Positions 52,975 to 64,000 of a stretch of 64,000 bases of DNA are shown here, one piece after another. Location: positions 310,001 through 374,000 of the forward strand of contig JBLDXI010000030.1 of the NCBI GenBank assembly GCA_047495785.1, given 5' to 3'. The notes below the pieces were generated by a model, which saw only the letters and a program-made list of their open reading frames with translations, had not been told where the DNA came from and ran no database searches. Made by a program: the position numbers and the translations under genes. The stretch's first letter is position 1. Each line of letters starts with the position of its first letter. This stretch comes from Lepidodermella squamata. Its lineage: Eukaryota; Animalia; Gastrotricha.

Positions 52975-53142
52975 AGCTTGGGAAAAAATCCAAAAGAGTT
53001 ATATCCTAAATTTGAAACGAAGACATTCAAGAAACACAAGATTTTATTAACTGATAAATTCGCGGAGAAACTGCAAAGTAAAATGAAAAAAAACATCAAG
53101 CGAACACATCATCAGAAATACTACGTCATCCGCAGCAATTGT

Positions 53143-54356
53143 TCAGTTGCTTTTAAACGACGGAGTGCTGGTAGCCGTGATGAAACCCGAATTGAACCTC
53201 CTGCTTGGGCCAGTTGGCGAAAGAAACCCGGGTTCGGAGGTACCAGGGCGATCGTCGTTCAATAACTTGGCAGCACTTTGATTGAGAGGCACGGAGACTG
53301 AGCGACCTAGAACCGAGGATGCGGCTCCCTTGTCAATCGAATTGATGGACAGCGACAGCTCGGCCTGACTGGCATCCGCTGGTTTCTGGCAATTCTCGAA
53401 TTCGCCATTACTAAAATAGCAATAATCAACTATAAACTTCGAAATTTTAGATCAACTAACAGGAATTTTTGCCGCAAAACGTAGTTGATAGTTTGCCGAG
53501 GTTTATCCACGTCTTTACGCTTAGGCGTCTTCTCGGCGTTGTCGTTCGAACTGCTGGCTGAGGTGCCCTTTCGTTTTTTCGCCTGCGGCTCGCCGGTCTC
53601 GTCTTGAGGTTTCACTGCTCCAATACCAGCCTGTTGGGTCCGCCAATGCGACTTTTCATTGGCGACGTATTTTGCCAGATCAGCTCGAAATACATTCTAC
53701 AAGAAATTATTTGGAAAAATCCCTAAGAACTAAGTAGTTTTGATTAGTAACTCACTTCCATCTCTGTTGACAGTAAAATGTTAGGCAGCATTACTTTTAT
53801 CTCGTCGATCACTGGTTTGTAACAGGGCGAGGTCAATTCGGCGAAGCCAGTGATCTAGAATTAGCAAGAACATTATGAAAAAGATGATAACATTGTTTGG
53901 TATTAAAACCTTAGATCGAGATGGCACAGATTAAAAGAAACTCTTCTCTCTGATTAAAAAGTGTCCCGCAGCCGTAAATTTCGTGGTGAAGTCGCGTCGA
54001 CATCACGTTGATCGGGAAGCGCCAATTATCCAGGATCCGTTTTTCAGCCTTGGGTCGATTGGTAAAGCCCAACAGCTTTTCAGCAAGCTTCAAAAAAAAA
54101 TCTGGCTCAAAACTTTACGACATAAATTAATCTAACCTTGAAGAGTCCAAGCCTGCTCTTCAGCATTGTGGAAATTTCCATCAATGAGAGGTCGTAGAAG
54201 TCTTCTTCAGACAAATGATGAGCTAGAAGGAATATCGCTATAATTCGAATGGCAAAAAACATAAAAAAAATACATACCAATGAGAGCCTCGCACAGAGCC
54301 TGCCGTTGATCTACGGTGCCAAGTTCGCTAGCAGCAACCTTGGGAAAATTTTCCAT
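53143..54356 (-). CDS. Second (accessory) spliced gene of the CACTA element
   Basis: Exon pieces MENFPKV..., KLAEKLLGF..., NVFRADLAKY...KKRK, ending FKSN*; GT-AG introns; exon structure approximate. Confidence 0.5.
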
Positions 54357-55862
54357 GTTGAAAATGAAAAACTTGCAAAAGAAAGTTATTGTGGAATAAA
54401 CGATACGAGTCCAGGCTTTTATAGCATCCCCTTTTCCTTTTCCCCGCGAAAAATTGAGTTCATTTGGACACATCCTGGCTCACCCAGACTTGGCACGCGC
54501 CTGTTCAACGGAAAAAACAAGGACACACGAGTGATAGCTAGCAGTCGACTTATTTAGCTGCGTTGCTATTGAAGTAGCTGTGCGCTAGTTAGCAGCTTCA
54601 TCCATCTTCTTCCCAACGGCGTGAGTTATATAGCAGCTTTCCCTGTTATCTAGCAGTTTTCGATCGTGCGCTAGCTATCTAACCTTATAAATAGCGCTGT
54701 GTTAACGAGCTAGATAGCCGCTAGCTAGCCCTGCTAGCTATCAGCTTATTTTTACTAGTGTACGTAGGGTCTAACCCATACGGTCTATCCCAGTGTCAAA
54801 TTTAGATCCAGCCATGGTCTACTTTTTTCGACTGGGGAGTGTATCAAAATTAAGTCGAAACAAAAAATGATCCCTAGGATAACTTAGCGGCATTTATTCC
54901 GCAGTAGTAATGGTAAACTGCCTCGCGACAATTTTCGGCCGATTCAGCTTGCTGTGCCTCCAGAGGAAGTTGGTTCCATAAATTGGGTCCTCGATAACTT
55001 GGACCTATAATATCGCTCAGAGAATCGTAAGTCGGTTTGAACATTGGTTCGAAGAGACGCGTGTCAATTGTCTCATCTTTAGTTTGATATGGGCCTGGAT
55101 TAATTACAGCATTTTCAATAGACCCGTGATGAATAAAATGATTTTATTTACAATGAATTACTTTCATGTGTATATTTTTCAACGGGGTAGAATAAATCTG
55201 CTGAGGAACATTGACGAAGCGAAAATCAGGAATGAGCTCGGCAACTCCCACCTGAGCATTTCTTGATCCAGTGCAGCAATGACATACGAAACTAAGGCGG
55301 ACTAGAAGCAAGCGGCGGGAAGTCTTGAAACTTGATTCGGGGAAAGGAAATCGCTAATCTTTAGGTTAAAAGAAGGCAATCCTGGAATATATTTCAGCAC
55401 CTTCGATAACCCCGAAGAAGTTTCTTTATTCACACTTTTATTTACATTTTCAAAAAATCCATGAAACAATGTGACCACTACGGGAAGCCACCATTCTCCC
55501 AATTATTTCCCTAAAAATTCAAGAATTTCCGCAATAATTTCTTCTAACCAAGTCAAGTCATAGCCGAAAATCGAGAATGAAAATGTCTGTGCAAATCAGA
55601 AATAGCAACTTTTGATTATCCCCTCAGGTTTGGATAGCTTTTGAGAAATCCAGGAGATAATTGGATGCATCGGAAGGTGCGGGAAGCGGGAAGATTTGCA
55701 AAACCCCCGCAAACCAATAATCACGGTACTGTAATAGCTAACAACTAAACTATGCTAACATCTATTTTTGTGCTGTTAGCAATTAAAGTATGCAAGAATC
55801 TATTTTTGCTCTGCGCTCTAAGCGATAGAAACGCGTCGATTCTTACTGCAGCGAAATAAAGC

Positions 55863-58800
55863 ATGAATTTTACGAAGTTTATCGTCTCTTTGCTTTTTCT
55901 CGCTTTTTCTTGCTTTGCGTTCAAGCGGACGAATTGTGTGTCTGGAATGCGACATCAGGGATCGGCGCATCCAGTAGCTGCACCTATGTCAAAACTTCTA
56001 CATCATTGAGTGCAGGGGTCAAACAAACCTTCCCTCTAGGAACGCTGGTTATTGCATATTGCTCTAACAATGCTAAGATAGCAACTACTATAAAATGTCT
56101 TGACGGCGGCTGGTGGACTAAATCTGTCACGTCGTGCGAAAGTTTCAGTAAGTTAATTTCATACCCTTCCATGAATTTCCGTGAGTATTCTCTTAACGAA
56201 GGCTCTGCTTCTCAAATCAATAACCAAACCTGCTCTTGGCCAGTTACTATGCAACCTTCACATACTTATCGTATTTCAAGCGACGACGAACAAAGCTGGA
56301 CAACCGCGAGTTCATTATCGACAATTGGTCAGTCATCGATCGTGAGAGATAGCTGCCCGTCCGGGGCCTACATTCAAACAACATGCTTAAACGGTCAATT
56401 GCTACCTGACCCGTCTGGTTTCACGTGTGGAGAGCCGACCGCTTCTCCGCCTTCAAAACTCACCGCTTTCTGGCCGCTCACTTTTGATACCCAACGCCGA
56501 GCTATCACACCTGGAACTCCGGAAATGGTCGCAATGAACGAAGTCTCTCTATCGCTGCTGGACCCTATGTACAATCAAAGTGGTTACAAGCTTGGTGGGC
56601 CTGGTCAGGGGTTGTTAAAAGCCGATGGGCTCACGCAACTCGCCGGGTCAACTTGGACCATAGCAGTTCTGGCCCCAGATTCCTATCGAGGCGACCTCGT
56701 CAGTGTTAACTACGGCTCGACGAGTAACAATGTATCGATTACTGATGGTAGCGTATTAATAGGCCTGCAGGGGACGATGAGCGCAACCAAAATCACCGAC
56801 TTCGGCTACAACAGCAGATGGTTCCTCTATATGATAGGCTATGACCAATCAGCATCTAAAACGCTTTCGGTTGCTGTTAGCATGGGAGGTCCACCTGCAT
56901 TATTCACAACATTCGTAAATCAGTCGCAGCAAGCAGGCGAAGGGGCTGTACCAACCTCAGCAGGGATTGCATTAGGTGATATCAAGTAAGTAGATTCCAA
57001 TGGCTTTCAGAATTAAATCTCTCAGCTAAGAGCATTATTATGTTCACTAAATTAGAGCTAACCCCTTGGTTATCTGTTATCTTGCTCATCTTTGAGTTCC
57101 CCGAAGGAAACCATTAAAACTAAAAATGTGTCATTTTCAGTAGTCCAACTTGATTTCTGCAAGTTTTATCAAAGAGTTTGTATTTTCATGATCAAGGTCG
57201 CCTGTCAGCGGTGAAGTAGCTTGTCTCATGAAGTTCGAGGCGTATTATTCTGACGCACAGTCGGCTGACATATTGTACCGTCAATGCATGAAAGGTTTCT
57301 GAGCATAATTTCATGAACTTCATCCAGATCAATCTTTTAATCAGCCATTTCTTCACCATCTTATGTGGACAAATCCTGCACTACTTGCGCCTGGTCTTAT
57401 GACGAGAACCTCTCAATCAATCTTGCGAATTTTCGTATCCACATTCCGGTTTTTCATACTGAACTTTAATGCTTGTAATTATTGCCAGATAAAGTCTACC
57501 GAAGAGGGGCCGCAACAATCACCCAAAATGGAATGCTAATCCGTCTAGCTGCCATGGGGCAACAGGGCGTCATATGGTCACCTATGGTAATGATTCGCCG
57601 TTGAAAAAAACTTGGATTTAAGCTTGCTCGGATGACAAATGATAAAAGGTGTTCGAAAGTTTCGAGGTACCACAAGCCTCGAGAGTTCCAATCGGGAAAA
57701 CTCAAAAAACCAGGCCGGAACCCTTTGGTCAGATAAATTGGGGGCTGAAATTACACAAACGAATCCACCACCTCGAGGATCCTACTTAATTTACTGTTGC
57801 TTTGTAAACTTTTTGAATAGGGAAACTAAACTATTTTAGCTAAATTGCCGTAAACAAGCTTTAGTCCAAGGTTTTCAACGATGCTAACAAATTGATTCCA
57901 TTTTTAGGCATTCAGCGCCTCGATTGACTTCCGCGTTGAGTATCACATTGAAATGCCGATAAGCATCATTGACCTTGAATTCTGGTTTGTCGCTAGTTCA
58001 TCTCTTGATTTGACAAGCGGATCCGATACCATCACAGCCTTCAATCTGAAGACGACCTCTTTTGCTGGCATGTTTGTCAGACGATACGCAGCGGGATATT
58101 ACCGCGCCGAATATTCCGCTAGTTTTGTGAATATCACTAAAACTACGACAGTGGCAAATAACATACCAAACTCTAGCCCTGCCGATGCAATTATTCTGGA
58201 AAAAGTCGGCAATACTTTGAACGGATTTTGCATGAGCGGTGTCAGTGTGACACATATATTCTCTGCCCCAATCGACGGCTTCAGTTCGATCACAGATGGA
58301 ATCGTTTTCGGCGTCTATGCAAAATTCAATTACGACAAAGCGCCTGGTCATACAACGGCCTATTTGTATCAAGTCAAGTTCTACACGAATGGCCCGATAA
58401 CTACAACTTCAACATCCAGCTCTACAACCACCCCGCTTGCTTCGTCCTCATCTACAGCTGCATCTTATGTTTACGAGTTGAGCATGAATTTGACGATAAC
58501 CGGGGACAAAATTGTCATACCCCAGAGTGGTGATAAAAGCAACCTTACGATCTATTCGAATCCTTGGGATGTGAGTCTTAACCAGCCGAACTCACCGTCT
58601 TACAAGGCTTTGGTTGATTTTATGATGCCACTCCTCTGGCAGCTGTCCAACAATTCTGCTCAGGCCCTGAATTGTCAAGTCATGTGGATAAACATTGTTA
58701 AGTTTCGAAAGGGCAGCATCATTGCTGACTACATTGTCGCGCTGCGCAGTTTGACGCAATTTACTGAAAGCGAAATCGCGGCTAAAGTCAGAATTGCAAC

Positions 58801-59035
58801 CGAGCGTCTTAAAGCGACTTCGGACTTGAAACTTGCAAATGGCCTTGAAACATCGCGATTGGGTGAAAACATGATTCGAGGCATAAGTGGACCACTTTTG
58901 CCGAGTGGTGATGTTACTTCGCGGACTAAACCAGCTGATAAAATGGAGAATTCACAAAATAGCGCTGCTGGGGCAAAGTGGAGCATCTTCATTCTCTTAT
59001 GCTTATTTCTCCCTATTTTTGGAAAATTCGATTAA
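55863..59035 (+). pseudogene. Array gene C2 with frameshift in the signal peptide
   Basis: ATG 55863 is out of frame with LLCVQADE at 55910 (47-nt offset versus 36 in C1) and no in-frame ATG follows the upstream stop; the rest appears intact. Confidence 0.65.
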
Positions 59036-59827
59036 CTAATGTACCTAGTGACTACCTTCTAGTGATTGCTTGCTTCTTTCTTTCTCGATTAAATCGATAC
59101 TTTTATCTAAGAAACTCACTTGTATGCAATTTAACCCTTTCACGGCGGGAAGGACGATTTCGGAATTGAAAATTTGCAGAAAGTTGAATTTGATGAATTC
59201 TTGATCGCCATTTTGAGGAAGTTTGCTCTTCAATGTTGGCTATAAGGTGTGGAGATCGGGACACCGATATCTTGCATGATCAGGACATACCAGCAATTTG
59301 AAAATAGTCAACCTGAGATTTATATTTCGATTTTTCGACGCTATCAAACCGGCCGAATTCGTCCTATCCGCCCAGACGTATACCGGCGGAGTGCGTGATT
59401 TTTGTGTTGCAAAAACTGTTCATTAAAAAAAGAATCGTAGAATCGTAGGTAAAACTTTCGGCAGCACACGGCGTGTCAAGAAATCTCTGCTTGCATACAA
59501 ATGAGGCTGAATGCGAGACCTAATTTATTCGTAACTTCCATAAAGCGTTTTTGTAACGAGTTTGCAATAAATAAAACAACATTTATTTCGAGGAGCCTAG
59601 CTTTTTTAATGTTGAGTTCACAACATTCCCTTTCTTTTTCAAATTAGCTTTAGTAAAACTTCGACTTCAATAGTTTTACTACGATGCCAGACAAGGAAAA
59701 GGAAATTATAAATAGGAGAAAGAACTGCGGTAACGAGCTGGCAAACACACGAGGAGCATTTTCATCATCTTGTTAGAAGAAATCCCCCTGGCTCCTGGAA
59801 ATTTGAATGTTGATTTCCGCATAAAAT

Positions 59828-62633
59828 ATGCTGATGCTGTTAGCTATCTTGCAACTCATAGCGACGGCCTGGGTCGTGGAGGCCAGCGAAAAATGTAAAT
59901 GGTTAGCAGTTGCTAAATACGAGCTAATTGGGACCAGGCTGATTACCTTCAAAAACAACTGGTTCGAATATGTTACTTACTACGAGTACGACTGGGATCT
60001 GGGGACAACTCTAAATTTAGCATGCAACCAAACAATGGCTGCTACAACAGCCAAATGTTTGGGCGGTGGTTCCTGGTCTAGCCTTGTCACAGGATGCTCG
60101 AGTTTCGGTAGGTCCTGTATTTAACCTTGATATTTTTAATTATTTTCACTCTACAGTTTCGCCGGAACAGCAGAGTAACCAGACATGCAAATGGCCGGAG
60201 ACAGGCTTGTCATCTTTTCAGTATTCAGTATCTATGGACAACGAAGAAAATTGGAGCGATCTACCGCTGGCGTCGCTAACGGGAACCTTTCCAAATTGGG
60301 CGATCATTCGTAAAATCTGCCAATCTGGGTCTTACATGCAATCAACGTGTCTCAACAATCAGTTCGTCCCGAGTCCTATTTCTTTCCCTTGCGGGGAACC
60401 AACTTCAACTGCGCAGTCAAAATTAGCCGTGTTCTGGCCTTTGACTGCAGACACGGGACTTCAGCCGCTTACATCGTCTACAAACAGCTTGATGCCCTCT
60501 GGAACAGCAGCAGAGCTAACAACGAGCCTGGGGAATTTCGACGAATCTGGATACAAAATAGGCGGGGTGAATTTCGACGCGTATGCAGTACAATTTGTTG
60601 CCAACACAGTGAACGGACCCACATGGTCAGTTTCGTTCATGTTAAAAGGCGGCGCGAGAGGAGAAGTTGTGCGCATAGAAACAAGTGGCTTGTCCCATCA
60701 AATAACTTTAGAAACCGGTCAATTAGCAATTAAGCTAGCGTCTGGTACTGACTACGTTCTGAAGGATCAAGCAATTGGTTCTAGCAATGACTGGGTGTTG
60801 TTTCTCATTGCGAATGATGCGACGAACAAGAAGTTAGGTTTAACGATGTCTGGCCCTGTTTCAGCGTTCAAAAGGTTCGATACAGCTGGGGAAGGAGAAA
60901 TCGTTTCATCAGGAGGTGCTCTATACCTCGGTCAACTGTGAGTAAAATTCAATGGTTCCCAATTATTGAAACTTGTCCTTCTGTTAGCGCAACGGGCGAG
61001 GGAACGATAGCTTGTGTTATGATGTTCAAAGCGTATTATTCAGACCAAGGTGCAGGGCAACTGCTTTATCGACAGTGTCAAGGAGGTTTGTTAGATATTC
61101 TGATGAATATATCTCTAAATTTCGTATTTTCAGCGATTTCCAGGCCATCAACCGCGCAGGCGAAGACGACAGCCTACCCGGCTGGTTATTGGATCTACGA
61201 TGATAAGTATTCTGTGAACATGGCCAACCTCCGTAATTTTTTTGAAAGAAAACCCCAGCCCACCTATCATTGTTGTTCATAGATAAGCAGTATCTTCGTG
61301 GAGCCGCTGTCGTGGCACAAAATGGAATGTCTATTAGGCTGGCTCAGATGGGCCAGACCGGGGCTGTCTTATCCCCTCAGGTTAACTCATCGATTTCGTG
61401 TTATTTCATGGTATGTAGAACTTTTATTAGTCATTTCCGATGCATTGGGATTGGAGGATCGAATTTCATGTCGATATCGATTGGAGCAATACCGATGTTC
61501 AGTTCTGGCTAGCTTATAAGGATAAGTCTGTAAATCTCACCAGTGGGGATATCAACCGACTTGGAATCAGCATGAATCTCGACTACTTCAACGGATTACT
61601 GATACAGCGCAACACGAGCGGTTTCGTAATCGTGAACGTCCACAACGCTTTCGTAGCTCTACCATTGAATCAATCGCAAAAACCGATCGAAAGCAAATAC
61701 GATTGCCAGCCACAGGTTTTTATTATAGAGAAGGGAGGCTCGACCTTAACGGTATTCTGCCAAACTGGCTCAAATGCAACCCTGCTATTCAAGTGTGATG
61801 CTGGAATGTTGAACTCGATTACGACCTTCGCCATACCAGCCATTTCCGTGAATTACAAGTACCACTACATGCCTATAGTTACTATGGCATATTTGTACCA
61901 AATCAAGGTGTATATGAAGACTCCTACCACAACTACTACATCTTCTTCCACGACTTCAACTTCAAAAACCTCTGTCCCAACAACTGTATCTCCTACAGCT
62001 TCAACTTCAAGTTCAACACCAAAGACGTCCACACGAACAACCCTTTTTCCAACTTCAACTTCAATTTCAGTTTCAACGAAGTATTACAAATTTGAATATT
62101 GGGCGAACATGAGTTTGAAGATATATGGCGATAGAATCTTTATACCAGTCAAAAATTTGACCATTTTCTTCGAACCTTGGGATACAAGTCTAAGCATCTT
62201 TGGCTCAGCCAATTTCACTGTTCTAGCGACCTACTTACTACCAGCTATCCAACAGCTAATGAATGAGTCGGTTCTTGCATTGAATTGTCGCATCGTTTCA
62301 ATTGAAATCAGAAACTTTCGTAAGGGCAGTATTATAGCTGACTACATCGTTGTTCTGAGGAGTCTAACTCAACTTTCCGAGGAAGAAATAGCCGAAAAGG
62401 TTGAATTTGCTAAGTTGCAGCTCCAATCAGCGGTGGATGCTAGGCTATCGAATGAACTTGAAGCATCCCGCTTGAGGGATTTCAAAATCCAGGAGCTAAT
62501 TGGACCCGGCGGGCGTGCTGATAAGAAAGACGAAACTCCGAAAGCAAATAACCACGGAGTTCTAATTACTAACAATTATTTTGTGCTAGCATCTTTCTTT
62601 GCTCTTTCGATGCTCTTCAAGCGGCAGAAATGA
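59828..62633 (+). CDS. Full-length array gene D (most divergent paralogue)
   Basis: MLMLLAILQLIATAWVVEA signal peptide; same intron positions; LAVFWPLT, LRGAAVV..IRLA..GAVLS, SEA FRKGSII. Confidence 0.82.
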
Positions 62634-62916
62634 ACGAAGTTTCATTCGACGAAATAAATTATGGATCTGAATGCGACCACAATGTTCCTTGTCTATTTTA
62701 AGTTGAAGCTAGATTTTTTAATTGGTATCGAACTTTTTCCTTCGTTTTAAAATTTCAACCCTTGATTCAGAGCTGTTCACACGGAATCCCAAAGACTTTT
62801 AACGAGAAACAAATTATAGACTTGTTATGCTGCTTTGTTGTCGGCGTAGGCTGGATTACCTTGAAAAATTGCATTGCGAGCTAGAATCTATTGATGGAAG
62901 TATAGTTGAATTTCGT

Positions 62917-64000
62917 ATGGCTTATAAAATCTTCTCATTTGCTTTTACTTGGTTGTTAGCCAGCCTCGTCAAATGTGACATCCAATGCGTGATGAACAGA
63001 ACGGCTATTGCCGACGTCAATATGAAATACTTGGTGAATCACGTCGATGGCTGGCAGGACCTAACCGCATCTTCGCCGACAAATTACCCGGTTGGGACGG
63101 TAATCAAAGCTACATGCTCATCAGAACAAAGTGGTGAGCTTTCCATGATGTGTATGGGCGGAGGCAGCTGGTCGGAACAGCTAACAAACTGCGATAGCAT
63201 CAGTAATTCAATTCTCGAGATACAGATAAATCGAAATAAATTTGTTTTTTCCTCAAGGAACTACTTCATCCACGTGCCGATGGCCGGCCTCCGTCGATGG
63301 GGCATCCATATACGCCATTTCGTCGGATTTCCTAGAATCGTGGATAATAGCAACTAACTTAGATACAACGGACTTCAAGATGTACGATATGATAAAGCGA
63401 ATATGCCCTTCTGGATTATACCGAATTAGCACTTGTATCAACGGACAATTCCTACCGGACCCCTCCGGCTTCCAATGCGATCAAGTTACAGCTATCAGCC
63501 CGTCTAAGCTAGCAGCAAGCTGGCCACTAACTTCTGATACATTGTTATCTGAGATAACTGCATCGGGTATTACATTCGAAGGTTCAAGTGCTGTACCTTC
63601 ACAAGGCTACGGAAGGTTCGGAGAAAATGGATACCAAGTTGGCGGGAATGATGGGCTCAGCCTTATCAGCAGTACCAAGAGGCCATTGTATGGAGACAAT
63701 TGGACGATTTCAATACTCGCGCGCGGGGATTACATTGGAGAGCTCGTGATGCTTCATTTTTTATCGTATAACTACACGATCACTATTGGCAAAGGCAACG
63801 TTTCGGTAACTTTGAAAACCACTCACCAGTACCAGTTCCCGAACCCGAAATTTGGCAATGTTTCTGAATGGGTTCTCTATAAGGTTAGCTTATATCGCAC
63901 AATGCTAACATGCAGTGCAGCCGGTGGGTTGAGCGACATTGCTAGTAAAGGTACGTCATTGTTGGGCCCTTTGCCTTCGATTCCAAGCGAAGATCAGACA
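62917..64000 (+). CDS. Array gene B3 (partial, runs off window)
   Basis: MAYKIFSFAFTWLLASLVKC; intron 63203-63257; exon 2 similar to B1/B2. Confidence 0.8.

Larger units (their letters stand above)
47177..54760 (-). mobile_element. CACTA/EnSpm (CMC) DNA transposon, 7.6 kb
   Basis: TIR CACTAGTAAAAA(A/T)AAGCTGATAGCTAG; 2-bp TSD TA; TAGC-rich subterminal repeats; transposase and second gene inside. Confidence 0.88.
47015..54836. mobile_element. Short CMC-type non-autonomous element (about 236 bp) split by the CACTA insertion
   Basis: Termini CCCAG(A/T)CGAAAA...TAGACC; 2-bp TSD GA/GA. Confidence 0.6.

Noticed and set aside
56148-56201. Apparent intron loss in C2 (ORF reads through)
   Set aside because: A 54-bp GT-AG intron is present; it is simply in frame and stop-free

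Overview
Eukaryotic, metazoan-type DNA with short GT-AG introns of about 45-60 bp; the organism cannot be named from the sequence. Most of the window is a head-to-tail (+ strand) tandem array of at least 13 paralogues or fragments of one cell-surface glycoprotein family. The full-length architecture is signal peptide, two Cys-rich sushi/CCP-like modules, a LamG/ConA-like domain, an L-type-lectin-like domain, a variable Ser/Thr mucin stalk, a SEA domain with an FRKG|S cleavage motif, and a hydrophobic GPI-type tail. The array has four subfamilies (A-D), two short stalk+SEA-only forms, chimeric or converted copies and several disabled copies. Interspersed are an intronless divergent Cys-loop ion-channel gene and two 5'-truncated LINEs (one flanked by a 491-bp duplication, one RTE with a 13-bp TSD). 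An 8.3-kb TA-flanked mariner-type TIR element carries nested MITEs and an RT-less zinc-finger/restriction-like-endonuclease ORF. A 7.6-kb CACTA/EnSpm element has a 51-bp x ~51 coding repeat in its transposase. There are also several MITEs and a Penelope-type minimal hammerhead ribozyme. Domain names come from motif recognition by eye, not from database searches.
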